DNA of 64,000 nt from an uncultured Pelagibacteraceae bacterium (lineage in GTDB: Bacteria > Pseudomonadota > Alphaproteobacteria > Pelagibacterales > Pelagibacteraceae). The notes under the pieces were generated by a model. It was given only the letters and a program-made list of their open reading frames with translations. It did not search any database and was not told the origin of the DNA. A program made the position numbers and the translations under genes. Below are positions 21,735-34,528 of this stretch, piece by piece; within the stretch, counting starts at the first letter, position 1, and each line of letters starts with the position of its first letter. The stretch spans positions 171 through 64,170 of the forward strand of contig CACJDV010000004.1 in NCBI GenBank assembly GCA_902592265.1, written 5' to 3'.

Positions 21735-22544
21735 ATGGTAAAAAACAAAATTTTAGATTGTATAACTTTTTTTGATAATAATTTTATGTTTGAATTAAGG
21801 TATAATATATTAATCGATCATGTTGATTATTTTGTAATTTGTGAGTCAAAATTTGATCATACAGGTAAAGAAAAGAAAAAAAATTTTGTTTGGAAAGATT
21901 ATTATGATGCAAAAAAAATAAAATATTCCTTATTAGAAAAACCTTTTCCAAAAAATACAAATCGTTGGGAAAATCAAGCAATTCAAAGGGAGTTTCTACT
22001 TTCAGAGACAAATTTTGCTGATCCCGATGATTATATTTTTTTTTCCGACCCAGATGAAATAATTAATCCAAAATTATTAATTAATTTTAAGCTAAATAAA
22101 AAATATGGAATATTTCTGCAAAAATGCTTCAATTATAAATTCAATATTTTTAATCCTCATGAGACACCCTGGGAAGGTACAAGAGTTTGTAAAAAAAAGA
22201 ATTTGAAGTCTATAGATTTTTTGAGACAAAAAATTAAAACAAAAAATCTTAAATATAATTTTTTAAGATTTGACAAAGAAAAGAATATTGAAATATTTCA
22301 TAATGCTGGATGGCATTTTAATAACATAATGTCAGTAGCAGAAATATCTCTTAAACTAAAAACTTTTGCCCACTCAGAATTTTCTGATGAAAAATTTAGT
22401 TCTGAGGAAATCATAAGAAAAAAAATAGCAAATAAAGAAGACCTTTTTGAAAGAGGTTATAAGTATGAAGTAGTAGAATTAAATGAAGATTTCCCAGATT
22501 ATATTCTTAAGAATATAAACAAGTATCATGATTTTATTATTTAG
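21735..22544 (+). CDS. Putative glycosyltransferase, GT17-like
   Basis: VDYFVICES, WENQAIQRE, SDPDEI, GWHF, KLKTFAHSE resemble GT17 motifs. Confidence 0.72.
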   Translation: MVKNKILDCITFFDNNFMFELRYNILIDHVDYFVICESKFDHTGKEKKKNFVWKDYYDAKKIKYSLLEKPFPKNTNRWENQAIQREFLLSETNFADPDDYIFFSDPDEIINPKLLINFKLNKKYGIFLQKCFNYKFNIFNPHETPWEGTRVCKKKNLKSIDFLRQKIKTKNLKYNFLRFDKEKNIEIFHNAGWHFNNIMSVAEISLKLKTFAHSEFSDEKFSSEEIIRKKIANKEDLFERGYKYEVVELNEDFPDYILKNINKYHDFII

Positions 22545-22552
22545 ATTTAATT

Positions 22553-22642
22553 GGAGAGGTGGCCGAGTGGTTGAAGGCGCACGCTTGGAAAGCGTGTAAA
22601 GGGGAAACTCTTTCATGGGTTCGAATCCCATTCTCTCCGCCA
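22553..22642 (+). tRNA. tRNA-Ser(GGA)
   Basis: Acceptor GGAGAGG/TTCTCTCC end, anticodon arm CACGC-TTGGAAA-GCGTG, long variable arm, GGTTCGAATCC, encoded CCA. Confidence 0.97.
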
Positions 22643-22657
22643 TTGACAAAGTTTGAA

Positions 22658-23341
22658 ATGATTAAAAAATTCATAAATAGAAACAACATCTTTTATAAAC
22701 CTTATCTATTTTTTAAAATATTTTGGTTAGAAAAATTTTTTTTAAAAAAAAAAAGTTATTCTCAGTGTGGTGAAGACATTTTTATAATAGAATTTTTTAA
22801 AGATAAAATTAGCAAAGGTATATATTTAGATATAGGTGCCTTTAATCCAATCAAGTTTAATAATACATATTTACTTCATAAAAAAGGATGGAAAGGGACC
22901 AACATAGATTTAAATCAAACATCTATTGATTTGTTTAATATCTTAAGACCAAATGATGAAAATATATGTGCTGCTATAAGTGATAGAGTTGAAAAGGTTG
23001 AGGTTTATATAGAAAATATATTTAGTCCATTAAATACAATATCTCCAGATCGTTTTAAATTATCCGATAATGATAAATTAAAAGAAAAAAATTATTTTAT
23101 CGAAACCAAAACAATAAATAATTTGATTAATCACAAATTTGATTTTTTAAATATAGATATAGAGGGATTAGATATAAAAGTAATCAAATCAATAAATCTA
23201 AAATTTTATAATCCTAGACTTATATGTATCGAGATTTTAAATCCAAAAAATGAGATAGATTTGAGTGATTATTTAATTAAGCATGGGTATAATTTTGAAA
23301 AAAAAATGGGTCCAAGTTATTTTTTTTCAAAAAATTCTTAA
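22658..23341 (+). CDS. FkbM family methyltransferase
   Basis: YSQCGED, YLDIGAFNP..NNT, FLNIDIEGLD. Start moved to ATG 22658 because the longer ORF overlaps the tRNA. Confidence 0.88.
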   Translation: MIKKFINRNNIFYKPYLFFKIFWLEKFFLKKKSYSQCGEDIFIIEFFKDKISKGIYLDIGAFNPIKFNNTYLLHKKGWKGTNIDLNQTSIDLFNILRPNDENICAAISDRVEKVEVYIENIFSPLNTISPDRFKLSDNDKLKEKNYFIETKTINNLINHKFDFLNIDIEGLDIKVIKSINLKFYNPRLICIEILNPKNEIDLSDYLIKHGYNFEKKMGPSYFFSKNS

Positions 23342-23484
23342 AAACCATTTTTAATATAGCAATATTCAAAAAAGTTAAAAAAGTATTGAAAATTAAGGGT
23401 TATTTGAGGAAATAATTCATAACTATTTATTATAAATACACAAATAAACTTAAAAAATGATATAATTTATTTTTCCTAAATTAA

Positions 23485-25551
<2,067 letters not shown>

Positions 25552-25554
25552 TTT

Positions 25555-26835
25555 ATGAAGTTTTTTGAAACTTCAAAATTTCATACTTTAAAAAAATCTA
25601 CTTATATTTCTTTAAGATGGATTGGTATAATAGGCCAACTAATTTCAATTTACGTTGTTTATTTTTTTTTAAGTTTCGATTTTAATTTTCTTTTATCAAA
25701 TTTTATTATCTTTATTGGAATTTTAAGTAATTTTTATTTGATTTTTATTTATGACAAGACTCAACTTTCGGATAGATCTGCACTAATTTTTTTAATGATT
25801 GATATATTTCAATTAGGATCTCTAATATATCTTACAGGAGGTATCGTAAATCCTTTTGTTATTTTTTTATTAATTCCTAGTGTTTTTGCGTCATCAAATT
25901 TAGGTATAAGAACCAATTTATTTCTTGTTATTACCACAATATTAATAATTACTTTTTTGACATTTTACTCAGAGGATTTGCCTGCACCATTGAATAATCA
26001 TTTTAATGTTTCTAATTATTATTATTTTTCAATTCCAATCGCTTTAATAATTGCTTTAATTTTTTTAAATTATTTTGCGATAGTATTCGGTTCAGAGTCT
26101 AGAAAAAGAAAAGAAGCTTTAAGTAAAATGGAGGAAATGATGGCTCAAGAACATGAGATGTTATCTTTAGGAGGTCAAGCTGCAGCAGCAGCACATTCTT
26201 TAGGTACTCCGTTATCTACAATTAAAATTATTTCTCAAGAATTAAAACATCAGCTAAAGGACCGTACTGAGCTGACTTCAGATATAGAATTATTATCAAG
26301 TCAGGTTGAGAGATGTAATCAAATTTTGAAAAGGTTATCTTTAAATCCGATTGAGGAGGATGATTTTATAGATGAAGACTTAGATTTTAAAAAATATATT
26401 AATCAAATTGTTATTTCATTTGAGGAAACAAGTAATAAAAAATTTATTCTAAATTTTGATCAAGATGCAAGTCCTAAAAAAATTCCGAAATCAATAGAAA
26501 TAATATACGGTTTGAGAAATTTTATTGGAAATGCAAATAAATTTGCTAAAGAAAAAATATTTATAACTCTGAAAAGCAATAATGATTACACCGAAATTAC
26601 CATTGAAGATGATGGTGATGGCTATCCTAATGAAATAATTTCGAAAATAGGTGAACCTTATTTAAGATCCCTTAAGAATAAAGGTAAAAACCAATCGGGT
26701 TTAGGTTTAGGAATATTTATAGGTAAAAACTTACTTGAAAAAAATTTTGCCTCTTTGAATTGTCAAAATTCTAAAACAAGGACCGGAGCAGAAGTAAGTA
26801 TTAGATGGAAAAATCAAGACTTAAAAAAAATTTAA
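25555..26835 (+). CDS. regB: RegB/PrrB/ActS redox sensor histidine kinase
   Basis: LRW, quinone-site TGGIVNPF, H-box [13 protein letters not shown] Cys, GLGLGIFI. Confidence 0.92.
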   Translation: MKFFETSKFHTLKKSTYISLRWIGIIGQLISIYVVYFFLSFDFNFLLSNFIIFIGILSNFYLIFIYDKTQLSDRSALIFLMIDIFQLGSLIYLTGGIVNPFVIFLLIPSVFASSNLGIRTNLFLVITTILIITFLTFYSEDLPAPLNNHFNVSNYYYFSIPIALIIALIFLNYFAIVFGSESRKRKEALSKMEEMMAQEHEMLSLGGQAAAAAHSLGTPLSTIKIISQELKHQLKDRTELTSDIELLSSQVERCNQILKRLSLNPIEEDDFIDEDLDFKKYINQIVISFEETSNKKFILNFDQDASPKKIPKSIEIIYGLRNFIGNANKFAKEKIFITLKSNNDYTEITIEDDGDGYPNEIISKIGEPYLRSLKNKGKNQSGLGLGIFIGKNLLEKNFASLNCQNSKTRTGAEVSIRWKNQDLKKI

Positions 26836-28631
26836 TGTAATTTTGCTTTTTTATCAAATAATGAACTCAATTGAGAAATCATTACATCCCCAAGTTCATT
26901 TACATCAGTAATTTTAATTGCTCTGTTATAATATCTCGAAACATCATGACCAATTCCTATAGCTAAAATTTCTATTTCAGATTTGTCCTCTATAAACTTT
27001 ACCATTTTTTTTAAATGTTTCTCTAAAAAATCGCCAGAATTAACTGATAAAGTTGAGTCATCGACAGGAGCCCCATCTGAGATTACCATCAAAATTTTTC
27101 TTTCTTCTTTTCTTTTTTTAATTCTATTGAAAGCCCATGTAATAGCTTCACCATCTATATTTTCTTTAAGTAAACCTTCTTTTAACATTAGACCAAGGTT
27201 ATCTTTTGCTTGCCTCCAATGCGTATCTGCCCCTTTATAAATGATATGTCTCAAGTCATTTAATCTTCCAGGTGTCTTTGGTTTATTATTTTTATTCCAA
27301 AACTCTCTACTTTGACCACCTTTCCAATTTTTTGTTGTAAACCCTAATATCTCTACTTTCACAGAGCAACGTTCTAATGTTCTAGATAGAATATCAGCAC
27401 AAATGGCTGCGATTGTAATTGGTCTACCTCTCATTGAGCCTGAGTTATCAATCAGAAGTGTTACTACAGTGTCCTTGAAGTCTAAATCCTTTTCCTTTTT
27501 GAAAGATAAGGAATTATATGGATCCATTATAATTCTTGGTAACTTAGAGCTATCAAGTAATCCTTCCTCCAAATCAAATTCCCAAGCTCTATTTTGTTTT
27601 GCTAATAATTGTCTTTGAAGTTTATTAGCAAGTTTAGTTATAACATCTTGAAAACCAATTAATTGTTGATCTAAAGTTTTTCTAAGCTTATTTGCTTCAT
27701 CAGCATTTTCAAGATTTTCAGCTTTTGTAATCTCATCAAACTGTGTTGTAAAAATTTTATAATCCACATTTAAATCTTTTAAATTTTTCTTTTGAATCAA
27801 TTGTTCAGAGTTTTGTTCATCTGACTCTGTATCTACAAGTTGTTCATCTAATTTATATTCATCAATATTATAATCCGAATCTAAACTGGCTTCTGTTTCA
27901 TCTTGCTTGTCAGGATCTTTTTTGTCCTCATCCTCACTATCATCATTTTCACTGGACTGATTTTCCTTGTTATCCTCTTGATTTTCGTCCTTTTTTTCCT
28001 CATTTTCCTCAGATTGAAAAATATCCATTTCTTGCAATATTTGAGAAAACTTTGAACTATAAATATTTTGATCTTCCAAATTTTTTTCAAAAAATTCTAT
28101 ATGTTCAAAAATTGATTTATCAAAATCTTTTTCCCAAAAATCTAACATCTTTGATGTTAAAGGATTAAGTTTGATTTTGTGAAAATTTTTTAACATATAT
28201 AATTCAAAAGCCTCTACTACAGGCACATCATCTTTGGATTTAATTTGATCCTTTCTTTTATGGTTGAATATTTGAATATAATTATCCCTTAAATTTTTAT
28301 CTATTCCTTTTAACATTTTTGATCCCAATTTTTCGTATCTTATTTTCTCTGTAATTGTATAAAGTGATTTACATGATGAGCTGGAAGGTAAATTTTTCTT
28401 AAATATTGAATCATTAGAAAATTTTTTTTTAAGAGCCCTCGAGTCTGTTTCCGCTCTAGCTTTAATAAAATCGTTTTTTGAATTTAAATTTTCCAATTCG
28501 ATTAAATCTTGTTTTTCAGAATTTTTAATATTCTTTTTTGTATTAATACCTAAATCATCTGAAATTACCCTTGCAGTAGAGGATAGAGCTTGTCTAAGCT
28601 TTTCTTTTAAACTCTCAGTCTTATTGTTCAT
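26832..28631 (-). CDS. cobT: CobT-family vWA protein
   Basis: [42 protein letters not shown], acidic linker. Confidence 0.92.
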   Translation of the reverse strand: MNNKTESLKEKLRQALSSTARVISDDLGINTKKNIKNSEKQDLIELENLNSKNDFIKARAETDSRALKKKFSNDSIFKKNLPSSSSCKSLYTITEKIRYEKLGSKMLKGIDKNLRDNYIQIFNHKRKDQIKSKDDVPVVEAFELYMLKNFHKIKLNPLTSKMLDFWEKDFDKSIFEHIEFFEKNLEDQNIYSSKFSQILQEMDIFQSEENEEKKDENQEDNKENQSSENDDSEDEDKKDPDKQDETEASLDSDYNIDEYKLDEQLVDTESDEQNSEQLIQKKNLKDLNVDYKIFTTQFDEITKAENLENADEANKLRKTLDQQLIGFQDVITKLANKLQRQLLAKQNRAWEFDLEEGLLDSSKLPRIIMDPYNSLSFKKEKDLDFKDTVVTLLIDNSGSMRGRPITIAAICADILSRTLERCSVKVEILGFTTKNWKGGQSREFWNKNNKPKTPGRLNDLRHIIYKGADTHWRQAKDNLGLMLKEGLLKENIDGEAITWAFNRIKKRKEERKILMVISDGAPVDDSTLSVNSGDFLEKHLKKMVKFIEDKSEIEILAIGIGHDVSRYYNRAIKITDVNELGDVMISQLSSLFDKKAKLH

Positions 28632-29605
28632 TAAATTTGGATATTTAATAAGGACTCTGGTAACTCTTCACCAAAACATCTTTGGTAATATTCTGCGATT
28701 ATGTTCTTTTCAATCTCATCACATTTATTTAAAAATGTTACCCTAAAAGCGTAACCTGTATCTTTAAAAATTTCTGCATTTTCAGCCCAGTGCAAAACTG
28801 TTCTTGGACTCATAACTGTTGATATATCGCCAGCTATAAATCCTTTTCTAGTTAATGAAGCAACTTTTATCATATTAGAAACTTTTTCTTTTCCTTTTGA
28901 ATTATTTAAATCTTTATTTTTTGCTAAAATAATTTCCATTTCTTTATCAAGACTGAGATAGTTTAAAGTTGTAACAATATTCCATCTATCCATTTGGCCT
29001 TGATTTATTTGCTGAGTTCCATGGTAAAGACCTGTTGTATCGCCTAAACCAACAGTATTAGAGGTTGCAAATAATCTAAAAAATTTATTTTGTTTAATTA
29101 CTTTATTTTTGTCTAGAAGAGTAAAATTACCTTGTGCTTCAAGCACCCTCTGTATAACGAACATTACATCAGGTCTTCCTGCATCATATTCATCAAATAC
29201 TAAAGCAACGGGGTTTTGTATGGACCAAGGTAAAATCCCTTCATTAAATTGTGTAACTTGCTTACCATCTTTCAAAACAATTGCATCTTTACCTATCAAG
29301 TCTATCCGACTGATATGACTGTCTAAATTTACCCTGATGCAAGGCCAATTTAACCTTGCAGCAATTTGCTCTATATGAGTAGATTTTCCTGTTCCATGAT
29401 ACCCTTGAACCAAGACTCTTTTGTTAAAAGCAAAACCTGAGATAATAGCTAGAGTAGTATCACGATCAAATTTGTAGTTTTTATCTATTTCTGGCACATA
29501 CTCATTCTTTTTAGAAAAAGCATCCACCTCCATATTTGAGTCTATCCCAAAAGTCTGTTTTATTGAGAGTTTTATGTCAGGCTGACTGTTGATATTTGGT
29601 GTCAA
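28631..29605 (-). CDS. cobS: CobS-family (MoxR-like) AAA+ ATPase
   Basis: Walker A GYHGTGKS, Walker [15 protein letters not shown]. Confidence 0.93.
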   Translation of the reverse strand: MTPNINSQPDIKLSIKQTFGIDSNMEVDAFSKKNEYVPEIDKNYKFDRDTTLAIISGFAFNKRVLVQGYHGTGKSTHIEQIAARLNWPCIRVNLDSHISRIDLIGKDAIVLKDGKQVTQFNEGILPWSIQNPVALVFDEYDAGRPDVMFVIQRVLEAQGNFTLLDKNKVIKQNKFFRLFATSNTVGLGDTTGLYHGTQQINQGQMDRWNIVTTLNYLSLDKEMEIILAKNKDLNNSKGKEKVSNMIKVASLTRKGFIAGDISTVMSPRTVLHWAENAEIFKDTGYAFRVTFLNKCDEIEKNIIAEYYQRCFGEELPESLLNIQI

Positions 29606-30123
29606 TTTTTTTCTCTATAAGTATTTTTTAACTGGGTGTAAGCCAAAGTTATTAATTTAAGTTTTTCTTCAAATTTTTTATTCCCAGAATTCATATCAGG
29701 GTGAAATTTTTTAACAAGTATTTTAAATTTTTCATAAATTTTTCCCCAATTTGATCCTACCGAAATACCCAATATTTCAAATGCTTTGATGTCTTTGTGA
29801 TTATATCTAAATTGTCCCATGTGATTAAAATCACTTTTTAACTTTTCTTTGTCAAGTTCGTCTCGCAAAGTATTATTCCACAAGACTTTAAAAAAATTAT
29901 CTGAAGAACTAAAACTTTGAGTAGGTTTATGCCAAACCATGTCTGATTTCAAAAAATCAATCACTTGATCATCGTTCATTCCTGAGAAATAATTCCAATT
30001 TTTATTGAATTCTTTGACATGGTTTAAACATAATAACCTAAATTTTTTACTATTATCTTTTTCAACTGGTGCTTTATATTCACCAATTTCGTTGCAATTA
30101 TTCCAGTCACAGATATTTTTCAT
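29602..30123 (-). CDS. J-domain protein with N-terminal Cys/His motif
   Basis: C-terminal KKFHPD; N-terminal CDWNNC...[15 protein letters not shown]. Confidence 0.88.
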   Translation of the reverse strand: MKNICDWNNCNEIGEYKAPVEKDNSKKFRLLCLNHVKEFNKNWNYFSGMNDDQVIDFLKSDMVWHKPTQSFSSSDNFFKVLWNNTLRDELDKEKLKSDFNHMGQFRYNHKDIKAFEILGISVGSNWGKIYEKFKILVKKFHPDMNSGNKKFEEKLKLITLAYTQLKNTYREKN

Positions 30124-30139
30124 GTTATAATTATATCAA

Positions 30140-30400
30140 ATGAATATAGATGAATTAATTACAAACGTAAAAAAAAAAATAAAAAAAAATATTATTATTG
30201 AAAATATTTTAATAGAAGACAAAACATTTTTACATAAAAATCATCTAGGACACGAAAGTAATAAATTTCATTTAAAAATAACCATTGAGTCAGAGGAGCT
30301 TAAAAAATTAAATAAAATTGAAAGTAACAAGAAAATTTATAAGATATTAGATGAAGAATTAAGAAATCACGTTCACTCTCTACAAATTTTAATTAACTAA
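30140..30400 (+). CDS. BolA family protein
   Basis: HKNH, FHLKITIESEEL, IYKIL, VHSLQI; divergent from J-domain/cobST. Confidence 0.82.
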   Translation: MNIDELITNVKKKIKKNIIIENILIEDKTFLHKNHLGHESNKFHLKITIESEELKKLNKIESNKKIYKILDEELRNHVHSLQILIN

Positions 30401-31495
30401 TCTTTTTTTTAAAAAAGATTTGATAGTAAGGTCCGAAAATTCTTTTTCAATTATTGGACCTCCAATTCTTTTAATTAACATAAGCTTAATATTTTTAGAA
30501 TTATTTTTTTTGTCTCGCATCATAAAGGATATGATCTGATTAATTTTGCTTCTTGTAAAATAATTTTTAATAGAATTTGGAAAAGTTGAATTATTGAGAT
30601 GTTTAATCGCAGAGTCAAATTCTTCAGTGGTAATCATCTTTCTATTATGACTAAATTCAAAAGCAGATTTCATACCCAGTATCACTGCTTCTCCATGATT
30701 TAATTTTTTTGAAAAATTTAAACTTGCCTCATATGCATGAGCAAAAGTATGCCCAAAATTCAAAATTTTTCTCAAATTTTTTTCTTTTTCGTCTTTTTCA
30801 ACTATCGATTTTTTTACTTTACAGCTTTCGTAAATAGATTTTTCAATAGATGGTGATTTAAGTTTTAATACCTCATTAATATTCTTATCCAAAAAATTAT
30901 AAAACTTTTTATTTGCAATTAATGCATGTTTTGCTATTTCTGCGTAACCACAAACTACTTCTCTAAACGGCAGACTATTTAAAAAGCCTACATCACTGAT
31001 AACAATTTTAGGTTGATAAAAACTTCCAATTAAATTCTTACCTTGAGATGTGTTAATACCCGTTTTACCGCCAACGGATGAGTCAACTTGTGATAACAAT
31101 GTAGTTGGAATATTTACAAATTTTAAACCTCTTTTGAATAAACTTGCTGCAAAACCCGCTACATCACCAGTAATACCTCCCCCAATAGATATTAAACTGT
31201 CATCTCTTGAAAAATTTTTTTGAAGCAAAAGATCTAAAATTTTATTAACATTTTTCTGATTTTTATTTTTCTCATTGGGGTTATAAATAAATTTGTAAAC
31301 CTCATATCTTTTTAGGGATCTTGAAATTTGTTTTAAATATCTATTAGGAATATTTTTATCTATAACTAATAAGCATTTTTTAAAGTTGATGGAATTTTTT
31401 TTAAATATTGGTGATAGATTAGAAATTAAATTTCTCCCAATTATAATAGGATATTTTTCTGAATTAGTTTTAACTATCAGTTTGATTGGCCTCAT
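30389..31495 (-). CDS. aroB: 3-dehydroquinate synthase
   Basis: GGGITGDVAGF, PTTLLSQVDSSVGGKTG, LNFGHTFAHA. Confidence 0.96.
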   Translation of the reverse strand: MRPIKLIVKTNSEKYPIIIGRNLISNLSPIFKKNSINFKKCLLVIDKNIPNRYLKQISRSLKRYEVYKFIYNPNEKNKNQKNVNKILDLLLQKNFSRDDSLISIGGGITGDVAGFAASLFKRGLKFVNIPTTLLSQVDSSVGGKTGINTSQGKNLIGSFYQPKIVISDVGFLNSLPFREVVCGYAEIAKHALIANKKFYNFLDKNINEVLKLKSPSIEKSIYESCKVKKSIVEKDEKEKNLRKILNFGHTFAHAYEASLNFSKKLNHGEAVILGMKSAFEFSHNRKMITTEEFDSAIKHLNNSTFPNSIKNYFTRSKINQIISFMMRDKKNNSKNIKLMLIKRIGGPIIEKEFSDLTIKSFLKKRLVN

Positions 31496-31994
31496 AAATA
31501 TCTATGATTTTTTTTGTAATTTGTTGTTTTGTAAAATTTTCACAATCTATTTTATATAGTGCTTTAGAGTAAAAAATTGAACGTTTTTTTATGATTCCTA
31601 TAAGCTCATTTTTACTAGAATTTACTGCTAAAGGTCTTTTTTTGCTGTTTTTAATCCTGTTAACTAGCGTATCAATATTCCAATTAAGCCAAAATGATAA
31701 GTGATTTTCTAGAACCTCACTTTTAATAGCTCGATTAATGAACGCTCCTCCACCAAGTGCAACTACACCCTTTTTACTTTTTAAAATACTAAGAGTTATC
31801 TTTTTTTCAATTTCTCTAAAGAAGTTTTCTCCTTTTAATTCAAAGATTTTTGATATTTTCATTTTTTGATCATTTTCAATTAATTGATCAATATCAAAAA
31901 AGTTAAGATTTAATTTTTTTGATACCATAGAGCCAATAGAGCTCTTTCCAGAGCCCATCATTCCGATAAAAACTAAATTTTCCCTTGATTTCAT
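31470..31994 (-). CDS. aroK: Shikimate kinase
   Basis: GMMGSGKS, GENFFR, ALGGG, RPL; start set at the ATG ending at 31994. Confidence 0.94.
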   Translation of the reverse strand: MKSRENLVFIGMMGSGKSSIGSMVSKKLNLNFFDIDQLIENDQKMKISKIFELKGENFFREIEKKITLSILKSKKGVVALGGGAFINRAIKSEVLENHLSFWLNWNIDTLVNRIKNSKKRPLAVNSSKNELIGIIKKRSIFYSKALYKIDCENFTKQQITKKIIDIYEANQTDS

Positions 31995-32051
31995 AAGTTT
32001 CTTTATTGAAAAAACACAAATATGTCTTAATTTGAAATTATTTAAATCTAT

Positions 32052-32231
32052 ATGCAATTTACTAGAAAAACAAGTTATAGCAAAAGTATAATTGGATTAT
32101 TAATAAAGTTATTTTTAATTATAATTGTATTTATTGGAATAATTTTTCTTTTAAATAAATTAGATTTCCCAGCACCAAAAAAAACAATTGAAAAAATAAT
32201 ACCTAATGAAAATTTTAAAATTGTTAAATAA
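32052..32231 (+). CDS. Small single-pass membrane protein, 59 aa (not in ORF track)
   Basis: MQFTRKTSYSKSIIGLLIKLFLIIIVFIGIIFLLNKLDFPAPKKTIEKIIPNENFKIVK; fills the gap and overlaps the next gene start. Confidence 0.7.
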   Translation: MQFTRKTSYSKSIIGLLIKLFLIIIVFIGIIFLLNKLDFPAPKKTIEKIIPNENFKIVK

Positions 32232-33978
32232 ATCTTATTTATCAATTCTAATTATTCTTTATTTTTCGATGGTGAATTCTTTTTCAGAAAATGAGCCTGT
32301 CGATATATGGAATATTGATAAAGAGCAAATACAAGAAGACTCTGGAAATAAGGAATTAATTTCAATTACTGAAAATGAACTTGAAACTGAAAAAATTGAT
32401 GTTTTTAACATGCAAACAAACGATAGATCAGACTTAATTAAAGTTGATGAAACTTTAAATTCCAAAGAAATTAAAATAATAGGTCTCTATGATCCTGAAG
32501 ATTTTGGATTAAAAATTGATATGTGGTCGAATTCCAATGGTGATCAATTAAAATACCTTTTCTCTAATTTAGCCAAAATTAACTTATCACGAGATGCTTC
32601 AGAACTTATGAATATTGTTTTATTAACGAATGCTTATTATCCCCAAAAAAATATTAGCGAAAAAGATTTTTTAAAAATTAAATCAGATTGGTTGATAAAA
32701 CATAATAATTTAGATTTGATAGAGGAATATTTAATAAAGAATGATATTTTAAATTTACACCCTAAACTAAGTAAATATTTAGCTGATAGGCATTTATCCG
32801 AGTCTGAGATCGATAAAGCTTGTAAAATCTTTTTAAATAACTCTGAACCAATAAATAATAATTATTTGTCAAAATTTAATATCTATTGTTTAATAAACAA
32901 TGGAAAAAAAGATGAAGCTCAATTAATTTTTGATTTAAAAAAAGAATTAGGCTTTAACGAACAATATTTTGAAAATAAACTAAATTATCTTTTTGGATAT
33001 ACAAATGAAATTGATAAAACTATTTCTGAAAAAAGTATCCTAGAGTTTCATTTAGCCCATAAAACAAACCCAGAATTTTCTTTTGAACCAAAGGAAAATA
33101 CTAATCCATTAATATGGAAATATTTAGCTGCCTCAAATTTATTATACCAAACTAATGAAATTGACTTGGGTGAATTAGAAAAAATAGAATTAATTGAGTA
33201 TGCCACACATAACAAGAATTATCTTGAAGATGATTTATTTCAAATTTACAAAAGGTTTCAGTTTACAATTGATCAATTTTTGAATGTCAAAACAGTATTC
33301 AAATCTTTAGCTAATATTGAGAGTAGGGCACTTTTATATCAAAGTGTGTTGTTAGAGTCTGACATAAATAAAAAAATAGAGTTAATGAAACTTCTAAAAG
33401 AAGCATTCATTAAGGATAAAATTGGCAATGCTTTTGAGAAGAAACTAAAAGATCTGTTACAAGATATTGAATTAGATCAAATTTCCTCAAAGCATACTAG
33501 TTTTTATTTAGAAAATATTAATACTGGTGAAAAAAAACAAACTAAAATCAAGTATAATGATGATCTTTTACATCAATCAAAACTCATAAAATATTTTGTT
33601 GGAGAATATAATCAAACAAAAATAGAAAAAGATCTCAATAATTTTCTCAAAAAAATAAAAAAGGATAAAAAGTATCTTATCACAAAAAAAGATATTATTT
33701 TAATAGAGTCATTGAAATCAGATGGTATAAAAATTGATAAGAAATATGACAATTTATATAAAATTCTAGACTCTGAAATGCCAACAGATATTCAAGTCAT
33801 GGTAAATAATAAAGAGTCTGCTTCAACAATTCTCAGAATTGTAGAGGTTATTGGTCAAGATGAGTTGATTACTTTAGATGAGGATACCTTATTTTTTATA
33901 ATAAGTGCACTTAATCAATTAAACTTAGACCCTATACGTAACAAAATTCTTTTAAAAGTTCTTCCTTTAAAAGTTTAA
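32206..33978 (+). CDS. Hypothetical exported protein
   Basis: 590-aa ORF with signal-peptide-like N-terminus; no motif recognised. Confidence 0.75.
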   Translation: MKILKLLNKSYLSILIILYFSMVNSFSENEPVDIWNIDKEQIQEDSGNKELISITENELETEKIDVFNMQTNDRSDLIKVDETLNSKEIKIIGLYDPEDFGLKIDMWSNSNGDQLKYLFSNLAKINLSRDASELMNIVLLTNAYYPQKNISEKDFLKIKSDWLIKHNNLDLIEEYLIKNDILNLHPKLSKYLADRHLSESEIDKACKIFLNNSEPINNNYLSKFNIYCLINNGKKDEAQLIFDLKKELGFNEQYFENKLNYLFGYTNEIDKTISEKSILEFHLAHKTNPEFSFEPKENTNPLIWKYLAASNLLYQTNEIDLGELEKIELIEYATHNKNYLEDDLFQIYKRFQFTIDQFLNVKTVFKSLANIESRALLYQSVLLESDINKKIELMKLLKEAFIKDKIGNAFEKKLKDLLQDIELDQISSKHTSFYLENINTGEKKQTKIKYNDDLLHQSKLIKYFVGEYNQTKIEKDLNNFLKKIKKDKKYLITKKDIILIESLKSDGIKIDKKYDNLYKILDSEMPTDIQVMVNNKESASTILRIVEVIGQDELITLDEDTLFFIISALNQLNLDPIRNKILLKVLPLKV

Positions 33979-34001
33979 AAATTAGTTTATCTATTTATCT
34001 A

Positions 34002-34526
34002 ATGAGTATTAAAGATATAATCACAGTTCCTGACGAAACTTTAAAAAAAATCTCTGAACCATTAGAAAAAGTCAGTACTAACGAAAAAAAACTTATTAAT
34101 GATTTATTTGATACAATGTACGCTTCGAAAGGTATCGGATTAGCTGCAGTACAAATAGGTATCCTGAAAAGAATTTTAGTAATTGATGTGTCTACTAAAG
34201 ATGAAAAAAGGGAACCTTTAAGTTTCATAAATCCTGTTATTAAAAAAGTTAGTGATGAAACTTCAATTTATGAGGAGGGTTGTTTATCAATTCCAGATAC
34301 ATTTATAGAAATTGAAAGGCCAAAAATTTGTGAAGTGGAATATATTGATATTAATGGAGAAAAAAAAAATTTAAAATGTGACGGTCTTTTATCAACCTGT
34401 TTACAGCACGAAATTAATCATTTAGATGGAAAATTGATAATTGACCATCTATCAAAGTTAAAAAGAGATATCATCATCAAAAAAATTTCAAAAACAAAAA
34501 AAAATCCTGACAGAATATTAGTTTAG
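34002..34526 (+). CDS. def: Peptide deformylase
   Basis: GIGLAAVQ, EGCLS, QHEINHLDG. Confidence 0.97.
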   Translation: MSIKDIITVPDETLKKISEPLEKVSTNEKKLINDLFDTMYASKGIGLAAVQIGILKRILVIDVSTKDEKREPLSFINPVIKKVSDETSIYEEGCLSIPDTFIEIERPKICEVEYIDINGEKKNLKCDGLLSTCLQHEINHLDGKLIIDHLSKLKRDIIIKKISKTKKNPDRILV

Positions 34527-34528
34527 AA

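Noticed and set aside
22559-22657. N-terminal extension of the FkbM ORF (MAEWLKAHAWKAC...)
   Set aside because: It is the translation of the tRNA-Ser gene; ATG 22658 is the plausible start.
27840-28010. Low-complexity purine-skewed stretch
   Set aside because: It encodes the normal acidic linker of CobT.
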